64,000 nucleotides of DNA from Nitrosopumilus sp. (GTDB taxonomy: Archaea; Thermoproteota; Nitrososphaeria; Nitrososphaerales; Nitrosopumilaceae): contig CBDBLX010000002.1 of NCBI GenBank assembly GCA_965207445.1, forward strand, positions 224,001 to 288,000, given 5' to 3'. The position numbers and the translations under genes are program-made. Of this stretch, positions 9,766 through 19,731 are shown piece by piece. Numbering within the stretch: position 1 is the first letter of the stretch; the number at the start of each line of letters is the position of its first letter. The notes below the pieces were generated by a model, which was given only the letters and a program-made list of their open reading frames with translations, ran no database searches and had not been told where the DNA came from.

Positions 9766-9918
9766 TTAAAAATAGCGAGCTTGTGAGTGATGTACAACCA
9801 ATGCTGCTGTAGAGTGTTCTGGTACGATCTGACCTGACTCTGTGAGAGTCATTACATCTGGTGTATCACCCTCAAATCCTAACAATCCCTGCACCATCTT
9901 GTGTTGTATATCAGTCAT
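9766..9918 (-). pseudogene. metH: 3'-terminal fragment of cobalamin-dependent methionine synthase (activation domain)
   Basis: MTLTESGQIVPEHSTAALVVHHSQARYF* matches the MetH C-terminal motif. Confidence 0.75.
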
Positions 9919-10007
9919 AAATCTTGGTTCATACCGTTAAATTATTCAAGTGTTTGATCAAATTTTTTAAACCAAAATTATCATAGTATATAATTATAAA
10001 AATTTAA

Positions 10008-10036
10008 GTGTCCACTTCAAAAAGCAAAATAGTTAC
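10008..10036 (+). mobile_element. MITE family B, right-end fragment
   Basis: GTGTCCACTTCAAAAAGCAAAATAGTTAC. Confidence 0.75.
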
Positions 10037-10050
10037 AAAAGTGGGGGGGG

Positions 10051-10626
10051 TTACTGTATACCTCTGCTGTGTTTTATTTTAGAAACCAATTCATTTTTTT
10101 GTATGGTGTCGCCGGAGTATTGGTTTGTCGCGACGTTGCTGACGCTTAAGTCAAAAACTCCTTGCTTTTGCCCAATTACGAAATGATGGCCTTTGTAGGT
10201 GTATCCGTCGGAAATGTCGCTGATAAGAACTATTACTCTGTTGCCCTCCACGAAACTAGGGGCAAAATCCGTAGTCATTATCATCGTTTCGGTTTCTCCA
10301 CCCAGCATTCTTACTGAGATCTGGCTACCATTATAATTTCCCAAGAGATCTTCTTCGACGTTTATTATAATGTCCGTATACACCCGATCTCCATCAGACT
10401 CTTTTGGCATGTCTACTCTGATAGACGTGGTTTCTTTCACGGTTCCAACAATTACATATTCGGCCTTTTGTGTAAGTTCGTTCAGCGTGTGTTCATAGAT
10501 TGCCGCACTTACATGGGCATTCATTTGCTGATCCTCGTACATGGCAAGACTGCCAATAGTCAAGACGGCCGCTACAACGCAAGGAATTATGACGCGTTTC
10601 TTACTCATGTTCATACACCTACGCAT
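10051..10626 (-). CDS. Secreted or membrane-anchored hypothetical protein
   Basis: N-terminal hydrophobic segment; LNELTQKAEYVIVGTV...VRMLGGE...FVEG pattern; overlaps the upstream protease gene. Confidence 0.75.
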   Translation of the reverse strand: MRRCMNMSKKRVIIPCVVAAVLTIGSLAMYEDQQMNAHVSAAIYEHTLNELTQKAEYVIVGTVKETTSIRVDMPKESDGDRVYTDIIINVEEDLLGNYNGSQISVRMLGGETETMIMTTDFAPSFVEGNRVIVLISDISDGYTYKGHHFVIGQKQGVFDLSVSNVATNQYSGDTIQKNELVSKIKHSRGIQ

Positions 10627-11223
10627 ACCTAATGTCTATTGTGGTGTCATCGACAGGTTGTAAGCTTGACATGACTGCATTGCATATCGGATGCATTACT
10701 GAGTTGGGTGGGTTGTGGTTGTGGTGTTTAAGGCCAATGCTGTGACCCATTTCATGATTCATAATCCACTCTATGTCAATATCGCCCAGCGTACACTTAT
10801 TGCTGTCCCCGCCCCATCCTTCATCGGAGTCAAATCTGATTTCAGACTGGGCCATTCTGGTACCGATCTTATAAGAAATTTCATACGCTAGGATCCCTCC
10901 GGCTCCGTCTTGCGATTCAGACTGCACGTCAATGTGGTTGTTATAACAACTAAACCAACCATGCTCGTTAATCGTTACTCCGTTCATTTCGCCATTGTAT
11001 GTACTGCGCGATTTTTCCATTTCATCGATTACGTCATCACCGTTTCCGGTAGAGTCATTGAAATCTAGATCATCCAACGAGGATTCACTGTAACACATGT
11101 CAGTATCGGAGTGCCAGTAAGTCTTCCACGGTTCCTGCATCGGATGCAACATATGGAAATGTAACAGGACTGAAACACGGCAAATATGGCCGCAATTGTT
11201 GTTATTGTTTTTGCGTTTTTCAT
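10619..11223 (-). pseudogene. Matrixin/metzincin zinc protease, frameshifted after the signal peptide
   Basis: HEMGHSIGLKH plus the SVMHP Met-turn; the signal peptide MKNAKTITTIAAIFAV lies in a different frame. Confidence 0.7.
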
Positions 11224-12077
11224 AGTCATTACACACCATTGCATTCCTGCGTTATATAAGGAGGTCAACTTAGATCTGGGATGCCTTTCGGATCTCTTGC
11301 ATTAACTGTCGGTAACCGTGTGTTGTTCCGGTTTCGCCAAGATGCATCCTCATACAGATTTCAACTTAATTATGCAGTGCGACAGATTTACAATGACAAG
11401 TAACTACCATGTTTTAATTCCCATCAAAGCAGTCTTTTGATCAATCCGGCAATTGAACAGAAACGCATCCATTGTGAATAATTTTCCACCTGCAAGTCCG
11501 TCGTAATTTTCGTACCTTGCCATTACCCATAAACCATATAATAACATTCCAAAAAATATCAACAGTAATCAAAACTGCACGGCGTTGCTAGTTCTTTGGA
11601 GTCGTGTTTTTTATCACTATATATCCCATCTCTATTATCTGACGCCTGCGACAAGTCTCTGGGATGGTTTTGATGAGTTTACTTTTGCTAGTGATTTTCA
11701 TATTTGTGGCAAATGCTACATACTGATCAATTATTTCATCAGTTTTTTGGGCATTGTTTTTTTCTTGACGGCAAGTAGAGTGAACTTTACTGCTTTTTTG
11801 GTATGAACCACGCTCTTTGGTCACAATAATAAAATCACATATCTATATTTGGTCACATTATTATATACATATTAAATATCGTGTATACACTACATTTAAC
11901 TAGGAGTTATTTTTGAATGATCATATTAGTCATGGAGCTTGGTTCACACATTTCATCAAATGTTTTTTGTGCGATATCTTTTATGTGCATATGGAAAGTG
12001 ATGTATATGTAGACAGTTAATGTGACACGTATAATTTTTTATCATAAAAATCTCGAGATCACTATTCATCTGTACTG

Positions 12078-13445
12078 TTAGTTTGCTGCCACGAACTCTT
12101 TTTGTTTTGCAGTTTTTATCTGCTCTAGTTCATCTTCAAAAAAGAACTTTGCACCTTCAATAGGTTTTAGATCATCGAGCCATATTGCATTCTCATCATA
12201 TTTGGCAAAAAATGGTGTGTGAATCCAATCCGGATTTCTGCCTTGCAAAAATTTCAACATTATCATTTTTTGACCGCCAATAGTTGGTATACCTGCTACA
12301 TGGACTTTGCCTGGTGTTGCTGACATGCTAGGACCACGAACCGTCCTTGCAAGACCACTTACAGTAGAGTATGCTTTGCTAAATATTTCATATGCTTTTA
12401 CAAGAGATACTCCAAAGTAGTGCTGGGCGCCTGTATCCCTTACTACAAACATGTAATATGGAATGCACCCCATCTTGACTTGTTTTTCCCACATACGTCC
12501 CCACATGTTAGCATCGTCATTTATGTGCGTTAGTAGTGGTGATTGTGTTCTTATCTGGGCGCCTGTGGCTCGTACTCTATCTATTGCTAATTTTACTGCG
12601 CTAGTTGACATTTCATTTATGTGGTTGAAATGTGACATTATTGCCAAGTGCAGGCCACTATCTGTAATACGCTTGAATGTCTCTAACATCTCTTCTGCAT
12701 CAGAATCTGTTGTAAACTTGTAAGGCCAATATGCAAGTGCCTTTGTCCCTATTCTGATGGTTTTGAGGTTTGGTAACTTGGATTCTATAATAGTGTCTGC
12801 ATATTTTGCAAACATCTTTGCCTTCATTATCATGGGATCTCCTCCAGTAAACAAAATATCTGTAATTTCTGGATGCTCTGATACATACTGCGCTAATTGC
12901 TCTCCCTCTTTCATTGCAAACTTCATCTCATCCATACCGACAAATTGTGGCCACCTGAAACAAAAACTACAGTATGCGTGGCACGTCTGACTCTGACTTG
13001 GGAAGAATAGACATGTCTCTTTGTATTTATGTTGCATGCCATACAGTTTGGTTCCATCCTTTAATGTGGGAACGTTAAGTTCCATCTGCCCTGCAGGATG
13101 TGGGTTGAGTTGCAGGCGTATCTCATTTGCCACTTTTGCAATCTCGTCTTTATCTGCATTTTTGTTTAGTGTAGATTCCATTTTTTTATAATGTTCCGGT
13201 TTTAGCATTCCTCTTTGTGGAAATGTTAATACAAACATTGGGTCATTTGGCATATTGGTCCAATCTATGAGCTGTTCAACTACATAATTGTTGGCCTTGA
13301 ATGGTAGTACATTTCCTACCACTTCCATCTCTTGTTTCATCTGCTCTGGTAAATCCTCCATCTGTGGAAGTTTTCTAAAGTTAGTTAGTGTGTATGACTT
13401 GAGAGATGGAGCATTATCATCCCATACAGCTTCTTGAAGCGCCAT
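12078..13445 (-). CDS. KamA-family radical SAM aminomutase (lysine 2,3-aminomutase-like)
   Basis: HKY, CHAYCSFCFR, FTGGDP, IRIGTK, PYY. CAT at 13443-13445 and TTA at 12078-12080 show minus strand; the track label is wrong. Confidence 0.9.
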   Translation of the reverse strand: MALQEAVWDDNAPSLKSYTLTNFRKLPQMEDLPEQMKQEMEVVGNVLPFKANNYVVEQLIDWTNMPNDPMFVLTFPQRGMLKPEHYKKMESTLNKNADKDEIAKVANEIRLQLNPHPAGQMELNVPTLKDGTKLYGMQHKYKETCLFFPSQSQTCHAYCSFCFRWPQFVGMDEMKFAMKEGEQLAQYVSEHPEITDILFTGGDPMIMKAKMFAKYADTIIESKLPNLKTIRIGTKALAYWPYKFTTDSDAEEMLETFKRITDSGLHLAIMSHFNHINEMSTSAVKLAIDRVRATGAQIRTQSPLLTHINDDANMWGRMWEKQVKMGCIPYYMFVVRDTGAQHYFGVSLVKAYEIFSKAYSTVSGLARTVRGPSMSATPGKVHVAGIPTIGGQKMIMLKFLQGRNPDWIHTPFFAKYDENAIWLDDLKPIEGAKFFFEDELEQIKTAKQKEFVAAN

Positions 13446-13590
13446 TATAATACATGATGTGAACCGTTTGTTAAGTCTTTGGTTTACCTATAACCATTGT
13501 TTTGTAAATATTAGATAATAGCTTGGTTCAGTCTTTAATCTTCACTTTGTTTATTTATACATCATGCACAAATTTTCATATCCCCACAGA

Positions 13591-14088
13591 TCAAACTCCA
13601 GCATCAAGTAGAGCTGCGAAGAACAGTATTGCAACTGATATCACAACTGTAAGCTCGCCCAATATTATGATCTTTTTTCTTAGTCGCTGTATCTCTGTTG
13701 TTTTCATGGCCCCTGACATGATTTTTTCCTCTACATTCTTTGAGATGATCTTTACATGAAGTGCATATGTTATAATCAAGGCTATCACAAGTGATATCTT
13801 TATTACAAGAAATGTACCATAACTAGTAGCTGCTAAAAGATCTGGCCTACTTAATAATGCATGAGATGTGTACAGTCCGGTTGCCACAAGTATTGCAAGT
13901 GAGGGAACTGCAATTAGGTTGAACCTTCTTCCTACACGTATCATTATTTTCATTCTCTCTTCTACAGAGTCTGACATTGTCTTTAGAAGTGGTGAGAACA
14001 CTATACCGATGAATAGTGAGCCTCCGACCCAAATTGCAGCAGATACAAGATGCACCCATGTGATGATGGCTTGTTCTAGTGCTGACAT
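13591..14088 (-). CDS. CopD-like copper-resistance membrane protein
   Basis: WVHLVSAAIWVGG...RRF...TGL...YG..L.IK; four TM segments. Confidence 0.8.
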   Translation of the reverse strand: MSALEQAIITWVHLVSAAIWVGGSLFIGIVFSPLLKTMSDSVEERMKIMIRVGRRFNLIAVPSLAILVATGLYTSHALLSRPDLLAATSYGTFLVIKISLVIALIITYALHVKIISKNVEEKIMSGAMKTTEIQRLRKKIIILGELTVVISVAILFFAALLDAGV

Positions 14089-14191
14089 GTCACAATGCTG
14101 TTTGGGGGTCTTATCTATTAGTGGTTATCTTTTTTTTGTGACAAGGGGATTACTTGAAACCTTTTTTAGACGCGTAAGGGTTTGTAGCATA

Positions 14192-14692
14192 ATGGAACTT
14201 CAAAGCAAGACTACTGTCTATATTGCCATTGGTGGCGTTTTGGCGCTGATGGGTGGTATTGTATATTATGCAAGCTTGGATAATGTATCATTGGAACAAG
14301 CAGAGATTGAGCTTGGCTCTATCGAACTGCGAGATATCAATACAGTGACGAATCAAGCAAAGTTCACAGTAGCGTTTGTTGTATCTAATCCTAGTGAAAA
14401 GACATTCACAGTGGCAAGTATTGGATATGAATTGTATGGCGATGCGGTATTATTGGGATCAGGACAGTACTCTGTAATTGACATTGCATTGCCTGGCAGA
14501 GCCGTATTTTATCCTGGTGCTGCTATACCACTTGAGAGTACGTTTGTGCTTGATAAGAGTTCTGTTGACAGTCACATCTATGAGGCAATGATAAATGGTC
14601 AAATTTCTGACTTTGCAGTAGAAGGTATCTTGACTACACAGACATCATGGAGTACTATTGATAAAGAGTTCAGAATTAATTCTATTACATGA
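14192..14692 (+). CDS. Membrane-anchored LEA_2/WHy-like protein
   Basis: N-terminal TM; FVVSNPS...IGYELY; start at MELQ (14192). Confidence 0.7.
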   Translation: MELQSKTTVYIAIGGVLALMGGIVYYASLDNVSLEQAEIELGSIELRDINTVTNQAKFTVAFVVSNPSEKTFTVASIGYELYGDAVLLGSGQYSVIDIALPGRAVFYPGAAIPLESTFVLDKSSVDSHIYEAMINGQISDFAVEGILTTQTSWSTIDKEFRINSIT

Positions 14693-14982
14693 TATATTGT
14701 ATCAATTATGATTTATCAAAATACACACAACTATTTACAAACTATAACAAAATAGAATGATTAGAAAATTTAACATTAAAATTTACTGGTATTGTGTAGA
14801 TGCCACTTTATTTGAATTTTTATATTTTTAAATTCATTTTAACTAAATCCATTATAATTAGATTAATTATTTATATTTTTAAAAAAATATATTTTAAATG
14901 AAATCGCCGCTTAACATCTGGATTATAATTTTACCAAATTATCTTTAATTATAATTTGAGTGTAGTTTGATAAAACATCATA

Positions 14983-15040
14983 GAACCAGTTCAACCTCTT
15001 TCCAAATTTAGGCAGGTAAACGGGGGTGTTGAACGGTTAC
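14983..15040. mobile_element. MITE family A, copy 3 (internally deleted), with 9-bp TSD
   Basis: Ends GTTGAACGGTTAC; flanked by AACATCATA at 14974-14982 and 15041-15049. Confidence 0.85.
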
Positions 15041-15135
15041 AACATCATAGTATAAACAACCATTACTGGTCGTTATTTTTTAACATTGACAAACAAACAC
15101 ACAATAAAAATATAACAAATGTAGCATAATGAATA

Positions 15136-17901
15136 ATGGCAAAGACAAGAAAGACTGGTATTGCAGAGTCGACTACAAACACTACAACAAAGCGACCTCA
15201 TCCAAAAAAGGATCCTAATGAGCCAACAGTAGTAAACTCCAAACGGCTATGCATGAATCGATTCCAAGAGTGGTGGTCTACAGATGAATTATCTGCAATA
15301 ATATCACAGATCAACCCTGATATCATAATGATGTTTTCAGAGGACAATGAGGAAGTATTTAACTCTGAACGACTCTCTGAGATATTATATGATACTGTAG
15401 GTAGTCGTTTTTTGAGAAATATTGAAAATGATACTATGAAACGTAGACTGTTTTTAGACTTGGTACTTGCAACGGTGACTACAAAAAATATTATAGATCC
15501 TGATGTTATTGTAGAGGCTGCAAGAAACAATGCGCGCAAGTCTAGAAAAGATACTATAAATAAAATATCAGACATCTCCAATGCAGAGATAACCAACAGT
15601 TTAGGTCTGGCGCTTGCAAGCGTGTTGGGACTCCCACCTTCTGCTGCAGAAAAAGAACATGTAGAGACACTTCCGGACACTGAGGTGATTATCCCACATA
15701 CGCCACTCAATCCATTATATGATTACCAATTTACAACAGGAATTAAAGTGCGGCAGATGTTAGAGGGCACATTTGTTGAGCATGGAAAAGAGATAAAACG
15801 AAGAATGATCTCTGTTCCTACTGGTGCAGGCAAGACTCGTATGATCGTTGAGACCATAATAGAGTGGCTCAATGACGGTAAGCCTTCAAAAAATACACAA
15901 CAACGTGACTCTAGATTTGTACTCTGGATCGCACAATCAAATGAACTCTGTGAACAGGCATTTAGTACATTTAAGACCGTATTTGAGGATGCAGGCAGAC
16001 GTGGAACTACACTTCATATGCATAGATTCTGGGGTATAGGGGGAGCATTACCAACATTGGGTATGGATGATCTCCTTGATGAAAAGGGTATCATTGTTGC
16101 TACGATACACTCACTTTTCAAAATACTAGATGAGCCAGAGCAGCTTGAGACACTTGGTAAATTAACCTCATGTATTATTATAGATGAGGCTCATCATGCT
16201 GTTGCATCTTCTTATTCAGATGTACTCCGACACATGGGCTTTAACTGGGACAATAGAAAGATTGAGATCTCTGAGTGGGGTATAATACTCATAGGACTTA
16301 CTGCTACGCCATTTAGAGGTAAAGGTACTGGGGTTGATACTGACAGACTCAAAAGGCGTATGGGTGGTACGTATTTTCCTACCATTCCGTACTCTGAGGA
16401 GTTGAGGCGATACAAGCCACATGCAATAGTGGATTGTCAGGTTATGGCGTATTCCAAGGATCCTATTAAAATTCTTGGTGAGAGCTCGTATGATCGGGAT
16501 GGTCATATTGCAGATGAAGATTTCCATTGGGTACTCACACGTATATCTTCTATTGATGAGGAGTCAACTGATAATGTGACAGAGGATAATGGAATTTTGG
16601 TGTATGATGATAATGTAGTTGAAAATGTGCCTGAAGAAGATGAAGAAGATGAAGAAGATGAAGATGATGAAGATGATGAAGATGATGATAATGAAAGCGA
16701 AAAAGATGACTCGGAAGACAAAAGCTCTGAGAATAATAAAACAAAGACTGCAACATCTCCCCTTCCCACATGGAAGTATGATGGTCAGAAAAATATTATT
16801 CACACATTTAAAAAACCTGGCATATATGAGGTTGCATTAACTGTTCAGGATAATTTTCGTAATGAATCTACCACAACCACACAGATCAGAGTAGAAGCAA
16901 GACCTGTTCAAACCAAAATGACGCCTGAGGAGCGCCAACAAGATCTATATCACAGACTTATCATGCGAAATATCCTATGTGATGTGTATCACAAGGTGTT
17001 AAAGTCCGGCAGCTACGAATTAAGCGCACAAGATATGAAATACATGTCTACTTTTGGTGAGTTTCGTGGTGATACGCTAAGAGAGTTGGGCCGTGACAGA
17101 AATCGCAATGCAATGATAATTCAAGAGATCTACAAACTACATAAACTTGGCAAACAAAAGATACTGTTCTTTGGATGCAGTTTAGCCCACTCTAGGCAGA
17201 TTGCCATGTTGCTCAAGGTGATATATCACATGAAAGTAAAATTTGTTGACTCAAAGATGGACCTCGATTCTCGTGTTAATGCAATTGAACAATTTCGCTC
17301 AGGTGATCTAGAGGTGTTGTGTAACTTTGATGTTCTGACTACTGGTTTTGATGCGCCCAACATAGATTGTGTCTTTGTGGGACGGCCTGTCAGGAGTACA
17401 TTATTGTATACACAAATGATCGGACGTGGTATGCGCGGCTCTAAGAGTGGTGGGACTGAGAGTATGCTCCTAGTTGACATTGATGATAACTTTCAGCTTC
17501 GGCAAGATTTTGGCTCTACATCAATAGAACTGGGATGGAAGATATTTCGCAACTTTTGGAAAGAGTGGGTTGATCCATATGAAAATGAAGTTGGAATGGA
17601 AGATATAGAGTTTGATATGAAAAGCGCCAGTGAGATGCTTGCAGTAACGCACCAAAATGCACGCGGTGGTGTGATCGAAGATGACCATGATGCTGATGCT
17701 GATGATGATGATGATAAAGACGACAACGACGCAGATGACTTGGTATACTCGTGCCCCAAATGTGGCAAGCAAGCACAAGGAATATCAAACATACAAGAAA
17801 TGTTTGGCATTGTAGGGTCACCAGAATTATTAAAACAATGCCTAGAATCAAATGATCATTCCATGTTACCTAGTGAATGTATGGAGTGCAGAAACAAATA
17901 A
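15136..17901 (+). CDS. SF2 DEAH helicase (ResIII-like) with inserted PKD domain and C-terminal Zn finger
   Basis: PTGAGKT, IIDEAHH, GLTATP, LTTGFDAP, QMIGRGMR; PKD motifs SSYDRDG and HTFKKPGIYEVALTVQD; CPKC...CMEC. Confidence 0.9.
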   Translation: MAKTRKTGIAESTTNTTTKRPHPKKDPNEPTVVNSKRLCMNRFQEWWSTDELSAIISQINPDIIMMFSEDNEEVFNSERLSEILYDTVGSRFLRNIENDTMKRRLFLDLVLATVTTKNIIDPDVIVEAARNNARKSRKDTINKISDISNAEITNSLGLALASVLGLPPSAAEKEHVETLPDTEVIIPHTPLNPLYDYQFTTGIKVRQMLEGTFVEHGKEIKRRMISVPTGAGKTRMIVETIIEWLNDGKPSKNTQQRDSRFVLWIAQSNELCEQAFSTFKTVFEDAGRRGTTLHMHRFWGIGGALPTLGMDDLLDEKGIIVATIHSLFKILDEPEQLETLGKLTSCIIIDEAHHAVASSYSDVLRHMGFNWDNRKIEISEWGIILIGLTATPFRGKGTGVDTDRLKRRMGGTYFPTIPYSEELRRYKPHAIVDCQVMAYSKDPIKILGESSYDRDGHIADEDFHWVLTRISSIDEESTDNVTEDNGILVYDDNVVENVPEEDEEDEEDEDDEDDEDDDNESEKDDSEDKSSENNKTKTATSPLPTWKYDGQKNIIHTFKKPGIYEVALTVQDNFRNESTTTTQIRVEARPVQTKMTPEERQQDLYHRLIMRNILCDVYHKVLKSGSYELSAQDMKYMSTFGEFRGDTLRELGRDRNRNAMIIQEIYKLHKLGKQKILFFGCSLAHSRQIAMLLKVIYHMKVKFVDSKMDLDSRVNAIEQFRSGDLEVLCNFDVLTTGFDAPNIDCVFVGRPVRSTLLYTQMIGRGMRGSKSGGTESMLLVDIDDNFQLRQDFGSTSIELGWKIFRNFWKEWVDPYENEVGMEDIEFDMKSASEMLAVTHQNARGGVIEDDHDADADDDDDKDDNDADDLVYSCPKCGKQAQGISNIQEMFGIVGSPELLKQCLESNDHSMLPSECMECRNK

Positions 17902-17937
17902 TATGTGTGCATATATATTATATTCTAGATGATTGTT

Positions 17938-18459
17938 ATGGTACATGGTCTTTTGATAGGACGGTTTCAGCCATTTCATCTTGGACATCTTGCAGCATTA
18001 AAATTTGCATTAAATATGGTAGACTGTCTCTTTATAGGAATAGGCAGCTCTAACAAGCCAATTGAGGCCAAAAATCCATTTACTGCTTCTGAGCGCAAAG
18101 AAATGATTACTTTATCTCTTGAGCAGAATTCACTCTCTCGTATCTCCATATATGAGATACCTGATGTTAATAATCATGTAAAGTGGTTGAGTGTAATAGA
18201 CGAAATAGTACCTTCATTTAAGATGGTCTTTACAAACGATGATTTAACTCATCATCTCTACTCTCGCAGAACCGATGTTAAAACACTCAACATTCCATTC
18301 TCTAATCGTGAACAGTTATCAGGTACACGAATCAGATATTTGATAAAAAGAGATGCATTACAGAACTCTGGAGAACAAAGTTGGCGAGATTTGGTCCCAT
18401 CTGGAACTCTTAGTGTGCTCAACAAGTGTGATGTTCTCTCAAGGTTCTCAAATCTCTAA
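17938..18459 (+). CDS. nadM: Nicotinamide-nucleotide adenylyltransferase
   Basis: GRFQPFHLGH, IGSS, NPFT..ER, SGTRIR. Confidence 0.92.
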   Translation: MVHGLLIGRFQPFHLGHLAALKFALNMVDCLFIGIGSSNKPIEAKNPFTASERKEMITLSLEQNSLSRISIYEIPDVNNHVKWLSVIDEIVPSFKMVFTNDDLTHHLYSRRTDVKTLNIPFSNREQLSGTRIRYLIKRDALQNSGEQSWRDLVPSGTLSVLNKCDVLSRFSNL

Positions 18460-18493
18460 TTATAAATAAAGCACATTTGTATAATAATCAAAT

Positions 18494-19639
18494 ATGGAAT
18501 ATTTGGCAATGCTCCCTGGACCTACAAATGTCCCAAATAGGGTGATGAGGGCTATGCTTGCACCTGTGATTAATCATCGCAGTGACGATTTTGTCAAACT
18601 ATACACTGATGTTGTTGAAAAGACACAACAGGTATTTGAGACGACTAATGATGTGGTCGCATTGTCATCATCTGGAACAGGTGCTGTTGAGGCAGGAGTC
18701 ATTAATTTGGTTAAAAAAGGTGACAAGGTTATCATCCCTGTTAATGGTGAGTTCTCAAACAGACTTGCTCAATTAATAGAAGGGCAAGGTGCCAATACTA
18801 TCAGACTCGAGACACCACCTGGCCAAAATGCTACCTTTGAGCAAGTAAAAGAGGCATTTGATAACAATTCTGATGTAAAAGCATTTTATGTTGTACATAA
18901 TGAGACATCTACTGGCACTATGGTCAAATACTTGGATAGAGTATCTGATTTGACGTCTCGAAATGACACGTTTTACGTGGTTGATTCTGTATCATTGCTT
19001 GGTGGCGCAGAACTACCAGTTGACAAGTGGAATGTGGATATCTGTATGACTGGCGCTCAAAAGGCAATTGCAGCACCTCCCGGCATATCTCCTATCTCAA
19101 TAAGCCCAAGGGCCAAAAAGTATATGATCGAGAACCCTCCAAATACAATGTACTTTAATCTGGCACGATATTTCAAATATTATGAAGAGTCAAAGCATAC
19201 ACCATTTACACCTGCACTGCCGTTGATGTATGCGTATAGAGAAGCACTTACAATTCTATTAGAAGAGGGACTCTCAAATGTATTTAGGCGTCACAAGATA
19301 TGCTCTGATGCTTTGTACTCTGGTTTGAGTGCAATCGGACTGAGTCCCTTTGCCAAAGAGGAAGACCGCTCAATATCTATTGTAGCCTTGAATTATCTAG
19401 AGGGCTTGGAGGACAAGACTTTTCGCAATACTCTTGCAGAAAAATTCAGAGTACTTGTAGCAGGTGGTTTTGGGGATCTCAAGGGTAAGGTATTTCGAGT
19501 TGGCTGTATGGGTGAGGTTGGACCTTATCATGTTATGCGTACAGTATCTGCAATATCATCCACACTTGCGATGATGGGATATGATACTGACCCGCAAGCT
19601 GGATTGAGTGCTGCACAAAAAATACTGCAGACACTATGA
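18494..19639 (+). CDS. Serine-pyruvate / alanine-glyoxylate family aminotransferase
   Basis: MLPGPT, SGTGAVEA, HNETSTG, VDSVS, GAQKA, FRVGCMG. Confidence 0.92.
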   Translation: MEYLAMLPGPTNVPNRVMRAMLAPVINHRSDDFVKLYTDVVEKTQQVFETTNDVVALSSSGTGAVEAGVINLVKKGDKVIIPVNGEFSNRLAQLIEGQGANTIRLETPPGQNATFEQVKEAFDNNSDVKAFYVVHNETSTGTMVKYLDRVSDLTSRNDTFYVVDSVSLLGGAELPVDKWNVDICMTGAQKAIAAPPGISPISISPRAKKYMIENPPNTMYFNLARYFKYYEESKHTPFTPALPLMYAYREALTILLEEGLSNVFRRHKICSDALYSGLSAIGLSPFAKEEDRSISIVALNYLEGLEDKTFRNTLAEKFRVLVAGGFGDLKGKVFRVGCMGEVGPYHVMRTVSAISSTLAMMGYDTDPQAGLSAAQKILQTL

Positions 19640-19731
19640 GTATTGTAATTGTGATCTTTGGTGATAATTGCCGTACAGTGGCAATGATGTATCGTTAATC
19701 TTATTGTGCGTTTGATTTAATATGTGGAAAT

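Noticed and set aside
11330..11830. Possible transposase relic
   Set aside because: It looks like decayed coding DNA but no diagnostic motif was recognisable.
12078..13445. Plus-strand assignment in the ORF track
   Set aside because: The listed protein is only encoded by the reverse complement.
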